Positions 26,021-41,019 of a DNA stretch of 64,000 nt are shown here, piece by piece. Location of the stretch: the NCBI GenBank assembly GCA_951406725.2, contig OX597826.1:41912001-41976000 (forward strand). Reading direction: 5' to 3'. Each line of letters starts with the position of its first letter. Positions within the stretch are counted from its first letter, which is position 1. Position numbers and translations under genes: made by a program. Below the pieces are notes generated by a model that was not told where the DNA came from, ran no database searches, and was given only the letters and a program-made list of their open reading frames with translations. The stretch comes from Octopus vulgaris. Its lineage: Eukaryota.

Positions 26021-26378
26021 AATTATATGCTATATTGATATATATTCAAATATATCGAAGTGAAACAATTATTGAATGCCCTATATACTTAATTGGTGCC
26101 TATTATTACACAATAAACACCAATACTATTAAGTAATACTGGACTCCTGACTATTTCATCGATATATAAGATTAAACCGGTGAAGATTGATTGTTAACAT
26201 TTTAAGAGGTATATGTATCCTCAAAATAATGAAATAATTAAATATGTGCGTATAAATATGTGCGTATATATATATATATATATAAATTAATAATAAAATA
26301 TTAGGGAATAAATCCAAACTTACAGGGAAAAATCAGATTTAGGATTAAATCCAATTTTATAGTAAAATATTATATAAT

Positions 26379-26894
<516 letters not shown>

Positions 26895-27334
26895 CATCCA
26901 TTCATGCAGACAGTTATACATTGCACTCGCATATACGCGCGCGTTCCATCACATATACGTACACACGTACGCATGCACTCATACACACGCACATGCACAC
27001 ACGCGCACACACGCGCACACACGCACGTACAACACACACATATACACACACGCACACATACACATGCACGCACACGCACATACGCATACACGCACGCGCG
27101 CGCGCACACGTGCATCTAGTGACATAAATACCGATACACATAAAATCCTATACATTTATAATCTTTAAATGATAATTGCATGAAAGTAAAATTTATTAAA
27201 AAAAATATGCTATAAACTTGATAAATACCAACAACAAGGACGATGACGTAGACAGCAACAACAACAACAACGATGATAATAATAATATTTATATTATAAT
27301 AATAATGATGATAATAATAATAATAATAATAATA

Positions 27335-27369
<35 letters not shown>

Positions 27370-27399
27370 AATAATGATAAGTAGAAAAGTTGACGATGG

Positions 27400-27650
27400 T
27401 GATAAAGAAGAAGAAGAAGAAGAAGAAGAAGAAAGAAGAACGAGACGAAGAAGAAGAAGGAGACGAAGGAGAACAAGGAGACGAAGGAGAAGAAGAAAGA
27501 GAAGAAGAAGAAGAAGAAAGAAGGAGACGAAGAAGAAGAAGGAGACGAAGGAGAACAAGGAGACGAAGGAGAAGAAGAAAGAGAAGAAGAAGAAGAAGAA
27601 GAAGAAGAAGAAGAAGAAGGAGGAGGAGAAGAAGAAGAAGAAGAAGAAGA

Positions 27651-27681
<31 letters not shown>

Positions 27682-27855
27682 GAAGAAAGAAGAAGGAGAC
27701 GCAGAAGAAGAAGAAGACGAAGGAGAACAAGGAGACGAAGGAGAAGAAGAAAGAGAAGAAGAAGAAGAAGAAGAAGAAGAAGAAGAAGAAGAAAGAAGAA
27801 GAAGAAGAAGAAGAAGAAGAAGAAGAAGAAGAAGAAGAAGAAGAAGAAGAAGAAT
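27400..27855. repeat. (GAA)n tract with a ~80-bp higher-order unit x3
   Basis: GACGAAGGAGAACAAGGAGACGAAGGAGAAGAAGAAAGAG occurs three times. Confidence 0.9.
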
Positions 27856-28437
27856 TGGAATGAAAAAGTGACGAGAGCAGAAGTTTTTAATAGGCAAAAA
27901 AAAAAAAATTGGAGTAGGCGAAATAGAGCAAGAAGAAGAAGAAGAAGAAGCACAAGACGATCAAGAAGGAATACAACGGCACAAAAAAAAAAATGTCATT
28001 TTAAAGGTTCTATTTTAATGGTGGTTCTCTAAGTAAGTGTATGGGCCACCAACATGGTTTCCGCCAGAGCAGATCAGGTTACTATCTCTTACAGTATATC
28101 AAAGATTAAGAAATAAATTAAAAAATACTGTTTTCTCTGTTTATTGCTTTTTTTTTTTCAAGCTTCGTCTTACTTGGGATTACTTCGTTCGTCTCTACTG
28201 AAATATTAATGCCAAAAACAAAACAAAACAGGGAATGCTGATGATGATTATGATAAGAATGATGATTTTGATAATAATAATAATAAAAGTTATATGTATG
28301 TATATATATATATATACATATATATACATACATAGAAAGTAGGCTTCCCAGCTTTCAATAACAATTATAAGGTTCATGTACATACAAAGACGCACACACA
28401 TACATGCATATGTGTGTAAGTATGCCTGCGCATGCGT

Positions 28438-28472
<35 letters not shown>

Positions 28473-28582
28473 TGTTGACTCACTTCGGAGCAAGCGGACA
28501 GCAGAAGAAATCTTCAGATGAATATATATAAATTTGTCCATGTCTGTGTGCTTGTGTGTGAAAATATATATACTTATACATT

Positions 28583-29175
28583 GGCGCAAGAGTGGGTGTG
28601 TGGTAAGTAGTTTGCTTACCAAACACATGGTTCCGGGTTCAGTCCCACTGCATGGCACCTTGGACAAGTGTCTTATACTTTAGCCTCGTGCCTATCAAAG
28701 CCTTGTGAGGGGATTTGGAAGACGGAAACTGAAAGAAGCCCGTCGTATATATATATACATAAAAAAAACGGAACAAGAACCCAACAGAAGACAATGAAAA
28801 TATACAGACAGATAGATGATACAAGGACGGACAAGAAAACCAGGAAGTGGCTTTTTATTCATCAGTCAAGCTTCCAATCATTGTTACAGTTTCGGCATGT
28901 TACACTTGAGACTTTCAAAATTGGTAGGCCCCCAAAATCTAAGCTAAGGGCATTACATTTTTGAAAGAAAGCGTGCGAATAAGTTCGACAACACGGATAT
29001 AAAAACAAGAAAACGGAGAAAATGTTACACGATTACAAATACAAACAAGAATAACAACAGGTGTCTTTCGACTAAAAGGACAAGTTAAGTTAAGCTGGCG
29101 TGTGAAGTGGAAGCCCTGCAGTTACAAACATAGATGAAAGTCAGGAGACATATATGTGTGTGTGCGTGTGCGTGC

Positions 29176-29212
<37 letters not shown>

Positions 29213-29420
29213 TGTGTTTGTGTGTCTGTGTATGTCCTCCCAACATCGCTTGACAACCAGTGCTGGTGCGTTTGCGTCCCCGTAACTTAGCGATTCGGCA
29301 AAATAGTCCGATAGAATAAGTTCTAGGCTTACAAATTATAAGTCCTGGGGTCCATTTGATCGACTAAAAGCGGTGTTCCAGCATGGCCGCAGTCAAAATG
29401 ACTAAAATGAGTAAGAGAAT
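28583..29420 (+). mobile_element. SINE family A split by a ~390-bp insertion in its central microsatellite
   Basis: 5' half 28583-28746, unrelated sequence 28760-29150, 3' half about 29212-29420. Confidence 0.8.
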
Positions 29421-30109
29421 ACATAGGAATATGCCTAGGTTTTCCGAATTAATTACAAAATTTCGTTTCTCCGGATAGTTTACAATTTTAGAGTAAGATT
29501 TATTTACGGTGTTCTTAATGGAATTCACTCCGATTGCTAACAAAGTGACAAGACTTTTTGAGTTAATGGAGTTCCAGGGTTTGTGAATATATGATTGAAT
29601 TTGTGTGTGTATATATATATGTAGGTATATACATCTGCACTTATGTTCTGTGTGAACATGTTGCTTTATTTCTTATGTGTTTGTACGTATATATATGTGG
29701 GCAAGTATACATGTGTGTGTGTGTGGGGGGGGGTGCGTGTGTGTGTGCGTGTGTATGCATCATTGCTTTTTACATAAGTGTCCTTGGAGAACCACACAAC
29801 CAAGTTAAAATCATTTAAAGGATTTCAGACGGAGATTGCGCTTCGTGTATGTATGTATTTATGCACGTATGCATTTATATATATATGTAGGTGTAGTTGT
29901 GCATATGAATGTATATGTGTGTGTGTGTGTGTGTGTGTGCGTGTGTGTGTGTGCGCGCGTGCGTGCGTGTGTGTGTATGTATGTGTGGGGGTGATTGTAG
30001 TCTTCTCACTGGGTGGCAATCGTTTATTATTGTTACTCAAACAATTGTAGAGCCATAAAAGTTTGGTTAAGTATATACCTTTGCTTCTTTTACATAATCC
30101 GCGCGCACA

Positions 30110-30441
30110 ACACACACACACATACACACACATACACACATATACATACATATACATACATACATACATACATGCATACATACATACATACATACATACA
30201 TACATTCATACATACATACATACATACATACATACATACATACATACATACATGCATGCATACATACATACATACATTCATACATACATACATACATACA
30301 TACATTACATACATACCTGCATGCATACATACATACATACATACATTCATACGTACATACATACATACATACATACATACATGCATGCATACATACATAC
30401 ATTCATACATACATACATACATACATTCATACATACATACA

Positions 30442-30472
<31 letters not shown>

Positions 30473-31720
30473 CATACATACATACATACATACATACATA
30501 CATACATACATACATACATACATACATACATACATACATACATACATTACATACATACATACCTGCATGCATGCATACATACATACATACATACATACAT
30601 ACATACATTCATGCATACGTACATACACACATACACACATACATACATACATACATACATACATACATACATACATTCATGCATACGTACATACACACAT
30701 ACACACATACATACATACATACATACCTGCATGCATGCATGCATACATACATACATACATACATACATACATACATACATACATACATACATACATACAT
30801 TCATGCATACGTACATACACACATACACACATACATACATTACATACATACATACCTGCATGCATGCATGCATACATACATACATACATACATACATACA
30901 TACATACATACATACATACATACATACATACATACATACATACATACATACATACATACATACATACATACATACATACATACATACATACATACATACC
31001 TGCATGCATACATACATACATACATACATACATACATACATACATACATACATACATACATACATACATACATACATGCATACATACATACATACATACA
31101 TACATACATTCATACATACATACATTACATACATACATACCTGCATGCATACATACATACATACATACATACATACATACATACATTCATACATACATAC
31201 ATACATACATTCATACATACATACATACATACATACATTACATACATACATACCTGCATGCATGCATACATACATACATACATACGTACATATACACATA
31301 CACACATACATACATACATACATACCTGCATGCATGCATACATACATACATACATACATACATTCATGCATACGTACATACACACATACACACATACATA
31401 CATACATACATACATACCTGCATGCATGCATGCATACATACATACATACATACATACATACATACATACATACATACATACATTCATGCATACGTACATA
31501 CACACATACACACATACATACATTACATACATACATACCTGCATGCATGCATGCATACATACATACATACATGCATACATGCATACATACATACATACAT
31601 ACATACATACATACATACATACATACATTACATACATACATACCTGCATGCATACATACATACATACATACATACATACATACATACATACATACATACA
31701 TACATACATACATACATGTG
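30110..31720. repeat. 1.6-kb (CATA)n satellite with recurrent variant blocks
   Basis: Recurring CATTACATAC..CCTGCATGC and CATTCATGCATACGTACATACACACATACACAC blocks. Confidence 0.95.
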
Positions 31721-32216
31721 TGTATGCATATGCATGTGTATTTGTGTGTCTGAAGGGAAATCATATACAGTATGTTTGTTAAACATATTTGATATTGCTG
31801 TAAGAACATATAACGAAATTACCACCACCAGCATCACCAGCACCATCACCGCCACCCCTTGCTGCTACATCTATCCTCACCACCGCTGCTACCATCATCC
31901 CTATACGCTTCCACCATCACCGTTGTCACCAACGCTGCATGGAAGGTCAAATTAAATCATGTAATGAGAGATACATTATATCAGACAATATTAAGATGAT
32001 GGATGGACAGCAGAATCACATTTGATCAAAAATGTTTGCCCGTCGCTCACCTGGTGGTCGGCGACAACAACATCAATAGCAACAACGCCATTGTAAACAT
32101 CCTTATACCACCCCGTCTCAGACAATTTAAACAAAACAGCTATTATATATTGTCTATACATCGTGTTTAGTTCAGCTATTCTTGGTTTTGTAGTATTAAT
32201 ATTAATTTGTCCCTTA

Positions 32217-32356
32217 AGGCAGCGAGCTGACAGAATTGCTGGGGCCGTATTTACGTTTGTCTTTCATCAATGAAATAAGTACCAGTCGAGTACTGGGGTC
32301 AATGTAGTCAATTTGCCCTCTTCCCAGAACTTGGTGGCCTTGTGCCAAAATTTGAG
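32217..32356 (+). mobile_element. SINE family B, internally deleted
   Basis: GGCAGCGAGCTGACAGAAT..AATAAGTACCAGT..ACTGGGGTCAATG..GCCTTGTGCCAAAATTTGA. Confidence 0.7.
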
Positions 32357-32411
32357 ACCAATATCAATTTCTGCTTTCCATAGTAACCGTTGTAAGAATA
32401 ATGAAGATAAC

Positions 32412-32760
32412 GAAGAAGAAGAAGAAGAAGAAGAAGAAGAAGAAGAAGAAGAAGAAGAAGAAGAAGAAGAAGAAGAAGAAGAAGGAGATGAAGAAGGAGG
32501 AGGAAGAGGAGAAGGAGAAAAAGAAGAAAAAGAAGAAGAAGAAGAAGAAGAAGAAGAAGGAAGAGGAGAAGGAGAAAAAGAAGAAAAAGAAGAAGAAGAA
32601 GGAGGAGAAGAAGGAGAGGAGGAGGAGAAGAAGAAGAAGAAGAAGAAGAAGAAGAAGAAGGAAGAGGAGGAGGAGAAAAAGAAGAAGAAGAAGAAGGAGG
32701 AGAAGAAGAAGGAGGGGAGGAAGAAGAAGAAGAAGAAGAAGAAGAAGAAGAAGAAGGTTG
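32412..32760. repeat. (GAA/GGA)n purine tract
   Basis: Direct reading. Confidence 0.95.
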
Positions 32761-33401
32761 TGGTGGAAGAGAACTTGGAGGAAGAAAGGAATGATGGTGA
32801 TGACGATGATGATACAAATTACAAAGACAATGACGACGACGATAATGGCGATTGCTTTAGCGGTTTTGCTACTGGTAGTTATAGTGGTGGTGGTGGTGGT
32901 GGTTTCAGTAGTGGTCCTGATACTGGCGATGGCACTGGTTGTAGTAGTTGCGGTTGTGGAGGTTGCAACAGTGGTACTGAACCAGATGACTGATTAAGTC
33001 AACCGCTCAAGAACTCAGAACGTATAAGAGCCAAATATAACTTTAATACAAATATTACAAGACCCCACCCCCCTTAGTCCAACGCCCAATGAGATCCGAC
33101 GATCCACCGCTTTGCAATGGTATCTTTGGTACAGTTGACCTCATTAAGATTTGAACCCAGAAGAATATAAAGAATTGGGAGGCTTTTCAAATCAGCATCG
33201 TAAACACATGACCAATTCACCTCATACAATGGATATGGTGACAATTCGGAACATGTTAGCCACAATGATAATGATGATGGTTGTGGTGGTTGTGGTGATG
33301 GGGATGATGATAATGAGAATGGTGATAGTGATGGTGGTAATTATATTCATCATTAACGCTGCTGCAGTTGCTGTTGCTGTTATTGTTGTTGTTGGTGGTG
33401 G

Positions 33402-33900
33402 TCACCTCAAGCGCCTGAAGATAACTCTCTGAAGCGCTAGAGCCGCGGAAGGGAGACGAATCATCTCATCCATTGTAGCCCCTAGTTGGCGGATATAGCG
33501 TTCTACCATCGGGGCCGGACATCTCAGCCAGAGTTGTTCTGCAGATTCCACCTCCTCGTTACAAACTCTGCATTGAGCTGTGTCGCTGCGTCCTGCCATC
33601 TTTTGTCACCGCCTGAGTGCCAGAGGATGACCACTACGGAAGCGTATCATGTCTGTGAAGTCTACCTTCGAGAGGGCTGCTTCGGTTCTTTCATTCGGCT
33701 TTTTCGTGAAGACTTCCTTCAGACGGAGGTGTTGAATTAGTGTTGGCTGGAACGTTCGCCGAATAACCGCCTGCAGATATGCAGGCGAAACGTGGCTCGG
33801 CGCTGCCACAACCGGATGCCGCCATCGATACAGCCATTCGTCAGGCGATTGCTGTTGCTGCTGATATTTACGATCTATACGCTCTTGTCCAATATTAGCT
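33402..33900 (-). pseudogene. I/Ingi-like LINE 3' end (post-RNase H zinc knuckle)
   Basis: IRFRSGH..CRVCNEEVESAEQLWLRCP..RRLR*, interrupted by a stop; followed by an (ACC/AAC)n tail. Confidence 0.7.
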
Positions 33901-34043
33901 TACGGCATTATGGCAGAGGTGAGGTTCATGTTGCTGCTACAGCTCATGATGGTGATGTTGGTGGTGGTGATGGTAGTGGTGTTGATGACGACGGCGACGA
34001 CGACAGCGATGGTGATGATGATGATGATGATGATGATGATGAC

Positions 34044-34256
34044 AGAAACGTTAGCACTCCGGGCGAAATGCGTAGCCGTATTTCGTCTGCCATTATGTTC
34101 TGAGTTCAAATTCCGCCGAGGTCGACTTTGTCTTTCATCCTTTCGGGGTCGATTAAATAAGTACCAGTTACGCACTGGGGTCGATGTAATCGACTTAATC
34201 CGTTTGTTTGTCCTTGTTTGTCCCCCCTGTGTTTGCCCCTTGTAGGTAATAAAAAA
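34044..34256 (+). mobile_element. SINE family B copy
   Basis: GTTCTGAGTTCAAATTCCGCCGAGGTCGACTTTG..TTTCATCCTTTCGGGGTCGAT. Confidence 0.9.
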
Positions 34257-34319
34257 ACAGATAATGATGATGGTGGTTCTGATTTTGGTGGTTGTAGTTT
34301 TAATGGTGATTATAATAAT

Positions 34320-34530
34320 CCTTCCTACTGTAGCACAAGGCCTGAAATATGGTGGGAGGAGACTAGTTAATTACATTGACCCCAGTACTCAAATGGTACT
34401 CATTTTATCGACCTGGAAAGGATAAAAAGCAAAGTCGAGCTCGGTGGAGTTTGAACTAAGAACATAAAGACAGATGAAATGCTAAATATTTCGTCCGACG
34501 CACTTAATGATTCTGCCAACTCGCCGCCTT
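34320..34530 (-). mobile_element. SINE family B copy
   Basis: Homology to other copies; tail-to-tail with the 34044 copy. Confidence 0.8.
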
Positions 34531-35162
34531 AATGCTGATGACAATAATGATAATGATTATCATTATCATGAACATTCTGTGACTGCAAAACTTGGTACTG
34601 TTACTGATAATGTTGATTATATTCGGATGATGATGATGATGAAGCTAATAGTATCAGTAGGAAAACTTACCAAACATTTCGAACTTTTCTGAACTATCTT
34701 CATTTTCATCGTTATCTTACCTTACCTTACGACGACGACGACGACAACCACCACCACCACCACCATCACAACGTCGACGACAATAAGACCACTACCACTA
34801 TAAAACAATAACACCTTAACCAATGCTCTCACCTCTTGTACACACACGAAACTTAAGTCCAAATAGAACAGCTGTCACACCCACCACCACCACCACCACC
34901 AACATGATCATCATCACCATCTCCACCACAACCACCTTCTCTACAACCATCTTCTTTACCACTTACTGTCTCTACCACCGCCTTCCCCACAACCACCATC
35001 ATTGTCGTCGTCGTCATCGTTGTCATCGTCATCATCATCATCCTCATCATCATCATCATCATCATTCGATACGTTAATTATTTCCATTGATGCCATTGTT
35101 GACCTAAACTTCTCCTAAGTTCAAAACAAATGAAATTACCACCACCACCGCTAGCGCTGCTG

Positions 35163-35213
<51 letters not shown>

Positions 35214-35510
35214 ATATTACTAGTTTCTGTGCAGTCGTTAATGAGTGCAATAAAACAGATAAAGAACTTTGAAAGAGATAATGAAAGAAGTCACTTTTCT
35301 CCTTCTGCAATCTCTAACCTATAATTAAAGCCAATCTAATTGGTTATTAATTAATTTGAAATTAACTTCCTAAAGATAAAAGGTGACTGATAATAATATT
35401 GACATGCCTTATTACTGAAGTCATTTCCACCAGTCAAGGAAACGCCCGTGCGGAGAAAGTAATATCAATAAATCATCATAAACACACACACACACGTACA
35501 TATATATATG

Positions 35511-35586
<76 letters not shown>

Positions 35587-35589
35587 TAC

Positions 35590-35728
<139 letters not shown>

Positions 35729-35810
35729 ATACATATATATATATATACATACATACATACATACACACACACATATATATATATACATATATATATATAT
35801 ATGTATGTAT

Positions 35811-35883
<73 letters not shown>

Positions 35884-36392
35884 ATATATGTATATATAAA
35901 TGTACACACACAGTGAGACACACGCACACACATATTGTATGTGTGCATGGTTTTTTTTTTGTACACGTGTAGTTTTCATTACACTTTCAAACTTGTAACG
36001 AATCTTGACAATAACAACAAACATTAGAATAGCGTATAAGGTGATGAGAATGCAATGAAGATGAGGAGAACATTATGTTGATAATGATACTGATTTGTTT
36101 ATTTGAGACAAAGTCAACATATGAAAGTTTATTGTAAAAATAAATAGAATAAAAATAATAATAATAATAAAAGCAACGAAAGTACAGAAGAGTTTAATTG
36201 TATGTTTGATTGATTTGTTAATTGCAAAGCGTTTATTAAGATATCATGAATTGTGTAAGGGTTTTAAAAATATGCAACTATATTAGAATGGCGAAATATA
36301 TAATTTTCTCCGGATGGGACGAAAGGGAAAGTTAACTTCGGCGGGATTTGAACCCAGGCCGTAAAGAGCCGGATATATAATATATATATATA

Positions 36393-36609
36393 ATCTTTTC
36401 TACTCTAGGCACAAAGCCCGAAATTTTGGGGGGTAGGAGGAGGAAGTCGATTAGATCGATCCCAGTACACAACTGGTATATAATTTGTCGACCCTGAAAG
36501 GATGAGAGCAAAATCGACCTCGGCGGAATTTGAACTCAGAACGTTAAGACGGACGAAATAATGCAAGTATTTTACCCGGCCTGTTAACGAATCTACCAGC
36601 TCGCCGCCC
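36393..36609 (-). mobile_element. SINE family B copy
   Basis: AAGTCGATTAGATCGA..GGCGGAATTTGAACTCAGAAC..CCAGCTCGCCGCC. Confidence 0.85.
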
Positions 36610-36625
36610 TATAATAAATATATAA

Positions 36626-37025
36626 TACTCTTTTACTTGTTTCAGTCATTTGACTGCGGCCATGCTGGAGCACCACCTTTAGTCGAGCAATTCGACCCCG
36701 GGACTTATTCTTTGTAAGCCCAGTACTTATTCTATCGGTCTCTTTTGCCGAACCGCTATGTGACGGGGACGTAAACACACTAGCATCGGTTGTCAAGCAA
36801 TGCTAGGGAGACAAACACAGACACACAAACACATACACACACATACATACATACATATATACGACAGGCTTCTTTCAGTTTCCGTCTACCAAATCCACTC
36901 ACAAAGCATTGGTCGGCCCGGAGCTATAGCAGAAGACACTTGCCCAAGATGCCACGCGGTGGGACTGAACCCGGAACCATGTGGTTGGTTAGCAAGCTAC
37001 TTACCACACAGCCACTCCTGCGCCT
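36626..37025 (-). mobile_element. SINE family A, full length
   Basis: Near-identical to 8161-8576. Confidence 0.9.
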
Positions 37026-37098
37026 ATTTAACGACGAAATAAATTCAGTTCCCCGGGCATTGAGAAAATAGTTTCCAATAGTTTTGTATCATGTAAAC

Positions 37099-37322
37099 AT
37101 ACAAGGGAATGGTGAAAAGTTCCTGACCGTGGCTAAAAGAAAATACAAGAAGCTCAGTTAATTTTGATTTTGTTCAACATTTTCCCCTCTCAGATTCACA
37201 CACTTATTGCAGCGGTCCTTCAGCTCTTCTACTTCTTATAAAAGAACTCGGAAGTGTCTGCCTCCAGCCACGGCCTTTCGTGACACCCCTAAACTAGGAA
37301 CTTTTCAGCACCTCCTCATATA
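37099..37322. mobile_element. Mariner-type MITE
   Basis: TACAAGGGAATGGTGAAAAGTTCCT / AGGAACTTTTCAGCACCTCCTCATA imperfect TIRs in TA context. Confidence 0.7.
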
Positions 37323-37324
37323 TA

Positions 37325-37471
37325 AGGCGGCGTGCAGGGCACAATCATTACCGCACCTACAAACCGCTTAGCGGCATTTTGTCCGCCTTTACGTTCTGAG
37401 TTCAAATTCTGTCTTTCATCCTTTCGGGATCGATAAAAATAAGTACAAATTGAGCACTGAGATTGATGTAA
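37325..37471 (+). mobile_element. SINE family B, truncated at the hAT element start
   Basis: TACGTTCTGAGTTCAAATTC..TTTCATCCTTTCGGGATCGATAAA..GATGTAA, then abruptly TAGGG. Confidence 0.75.
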
Positions 37472-39250
37472 TAGGGCGTATCAATTTTAATAATTTACTA
37501 AAAATCTAATTTGGTAGTGAAATTATTGTGCTACTCCCAGACTTGAGATATATGTACCAAAATGGATTAAAATAACTCTGATCTACATCAAATTTATCCT
37601 GAATTTTCAATATGGTGTTGTTTTGAAATAGTAACTGAAAATTTATATGAAAAACTGATCACAAAATATCACTCTTATATTATCTTTTAATTAGTTAAAT
37701 GAATCTTATATTATCTTTTAATTGGTTAAATGAAGTTTTACTCTTTTCAGATATTCACAAGATGTCAGATCTGAAGACTAGAGGCCAAATGTCATCCCAC
37801 TTCAGCCTGTTAATTGGTACAGAGAAAGATCTTTCTGTATCAGAGCTTCTAGCAGTGAGAGACATTTTAAAACTTGAGTTACTTCGGGAACAAAATTCCA
37901 AAGACAGAAAGACCTATACAGATAAGAAACTCATACATGATATAATACTCCATCTTCTGCGCCAGTGGATAAAAGGTAATGCACATGCACAATTCAAACC
38001 GCCAGTGATCATACAGTATCGAACAATTAAGCGAAAACTCATGGGATTGTAGCGAAAAGCAATACACACGTCATTTGGTGAAGGAAATGCTTTTCTACAC
38101 TCACTTGATACACTGTTCGATTTTTAGAACTGCAAGTGTTCCATAGTTCAAAATAGGATTGTTCTCCCACTGGTAAGAGAGGAAGTCATTCCCGCATTGA
38201 CTGTTGTGCGCTCGTGAAAAGAAGATACCTTTTCTAAAGCTATATTTCGTAAGCTCACAGAGGACAAAGACAGGAGGCCAAGGCAGGATGCAAATGGGTT
38301 CAACTGATTATAAAGAAAGAGACAGATTTATACTGAAAAAAAGGAAAGGTCTTGTCAGAGAGAGAAGGAAGAAGAGAAGAAAATGAAGAATGAAGTCATG
38401 CAAAGAGAAGAACTGCACTGCTATGATGTTTATCAGTTGTTTGATAGTTCTTCTGAAGAAAATGAAGTAATGTCAGACAAAAATTCTAAAGAATCTTCTG
38501 AAACCATACCAAAGAGAGGAAAATACAATACAAGTGACATTTCAAGCGTTGCATTAGCTAGTATTCGTCACTATACTGGACTCTGTTACATCGCAACTGC
38601 CGCTTGGATAGATACAGGCATCATCAGTTAAGAGGATTGTAGATCCTCTTGGTTACAGATCACAATAAACTTAGAAGAGCGCTAGAAAAAGTAATGAGTG
38701 AGATATTTTTCGTTTGATGGAAGAATAGATGAAACCAAAGTTATAGTTGATGTAGATAGCATTTCTAGAATATTTCCAGCTCTAATCAAAGAATAACACT
38801 ACATTGTCTGCTCTGAGCCTAGTGGCCAGTTTTTGTTTTATTTTACACCTGGAGTTGAAGTGAAAGGAAAAAGAAAACATGTAGAGGTAATTGCTGATGA
38901 TATTTTATGCTGGCTTCCAGAGAGCGGGCTTGAAAATTCAGTGCTGGTTATTGGTGGGGATTCAACGGCAGTGAATACTGGCTGGAAGGGAAGTGTAATG
39001 AGTTATTTAGAGAAAAAAAAATTTGAAAGAAAACTTATTTGGATTGTATGTGATTTGCATACAGGTGAGCTACCTTTTCGTTACCTCATTCAAGAAATTT
39101 ATAGTCCTACAAAAAGCAATAAAGGGTCAGGTCTTCTTGGCAATATGGATGAAACAACACAACTAGAAATAAATGCAAACTTTCCAAAGATTGAAGTAAG
39201 CCCTTCCATTCCAGTGTTGTCAGAAGAAACTGTTAAAGATCTCAGCACTG
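37472..39250 (+). mobile_element. Decayed hAT (hATm-like) DNA transposon with transposase pseudogene
   Basis: FDGRIDET, KE*HYIVCSEPSGQFLFYFTP, GGDSTAVNTGWKG and WIVCDLHTGELPFRYL motifs; putative left end TAGGGCGTATC; many stops and frameshifts. Confidence 0.8.
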
Positions 39251-39412
39251 TTTTCCCAGTTTCTCGCTTTCTTGGTTTCTCGCTCTGGCCAGTTATAGTG
39301 CATGACCATCATTGGCGCATAAGTAATGTGTGTAAAGTTTGGTGAAAATCGGTTGAAAACTGTAGGTACTACTCACACAACACACACAGACATCCTTTGT
39401 TTTATATATATA
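39250..39412 (-). mobile_element. Helitron 5' fragment truncating the transposase
   Basis: Reverse complement ATATATAAAA..GTCTGTGTGTG..TTTCAACCGATTTTCACCAAACTT resembles 3570-3670. Confidence 0.6.
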
Positions 39413-40015
39413 TTACAATTACCTAACACTTATTCTTTCAGTTAGGTACCCTTATCTAGAATTTATCTTTTGCCAATAGCACTAGCAAAGGCCGGGACTA
39501 GATTTCGACTTTTGTTGCTAATATAAAAATATCTTTTCATCATTTTCGTTCGGCGAAAGATGCGTGAATGTTGTTTTTGTTGTTCTTGTCGATATCACAC
39601 GTGTCTGTGAATTATATATATTAGTCTTATTATCTATAGAAGTTTAATTATATTTTCTTTTAAAATATGTGAATTTTTCTGTAAAGATTTTAAAGAATTT
39701 TTGTTTATCCTTTTTACGAGATTTGTTTTCTCGTGTTCAGGGATTTCTGTTATGTGGACATAATTAGGGCTCATGACTGTTTTGACACGACCTCTTACTG
39801 CTACATCGAAGAAGGCACTTTTAAAACTTTGTCGAAGTCATACATATTTTTAAAATGATATAAATACGTAAAGGACAGATCTTATTGTCAACTTCAAGAA
39901 AAGAGGCGGGCTATTCTTTTGAGCGGCTCCTGTTTCAAAATAACGAGAAGGTAAATTGTTTATTTAGTAAACCTGACAAAAGTTCCGATATTATCAACGT
40001 GAGACAACGCAAGTC

Positions 40016-40086
<71 letters not shown>

Positions 40087-40274
40087 GTAATTATAATAAT
40101 TTCTACTATAGGCACAAGGCCTGCAATTTTGGGGAGGGGGATAGTCGATTGCATCGACCCCAATGTTTCACTCGTCCTTAATTTATCAACCCCCTAAAGA
40201 ATGAAGGGCAAATTAGTCCTCGGCAGAATTTGAACAACAAAAACAACAACAACAACAACAACAGCAGCAGCAGC

Positions 40275-40347
<73 letters not shown>

Positions 40348-40350
<3 letters not shown>

Positions 40351-40927
40351 GAGACTGAACGTCTGAACATCATCCTGAACAAGTTGCTGAAGGTAAAATT
40401 GTCACTTTCCCCTGGGATTTTCCAGTCAACACTGTCAGAATGATCCAAGCTAATCAACCAGACATAGTCATTAAAGACAGGTAAGAAAATACTTGTAGAC
40501 TAATAGATGTAAGTGTTCCCACTGATAAAAATAAATCTGTAAAGAAATGTAACAAACTGAATAAATAAAATGACTTGGAAATTGAAATACAGAAGATGTG
40601 GCATCTTAAACCGAGAACTGTTCCTGTTATTGTGGATGTCCCAGGTATGATAAGAAAGGGATGTCAAAAACATCTAGATAATATCCCAGGAGAACCATGT
40701 CACAGAGAAATCCAAAAGATTGTGCTAATAAGTACCGCCCACATCCTTAGGAAAACCCTATCAATTTAAATGCCTGTGTTGTATTACATGAATGTATTTC
40801 ATTACTGCACCTGCCACTTCTCCCGAAGCTTTCAGTCATACAGTAACATCTCTTACCCATCACTCGCCCTAGGAAGCTTGGTGTATCTCGACAAAGATTG
40901 TAACAAACATGCAGCTTAAAAGTAAAT
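40348..40927 (+). pseudogene. R4/Dong-clade LINE 3' end (restriction-like endonuclease) in (TAA)n
   Basis: WDFPVNT..ANQPDIVIKD..LIDVSVP..DLEIEIQKMW..VPVIV..IQKIVLISTAHILRKTLSI*; TAA/CAA tracts on both sides. Confidence 0.85.
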
Positions 40928-40951
40928 AACAACAACAACAACAACAACAAC

Positions 40952-41016
<65 letters not shown>

Positions 41017-41019
41017 TTT

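Noticed and set aside
27116-27953. Poly-E/K/R ORFs (also 32313-32997)
   Set aside because: GAA microsatellite translations
30013-31955. 589-aa and 630-aa ORFs
   Set aside because: Translations of the (CATA)n array; no coding signal
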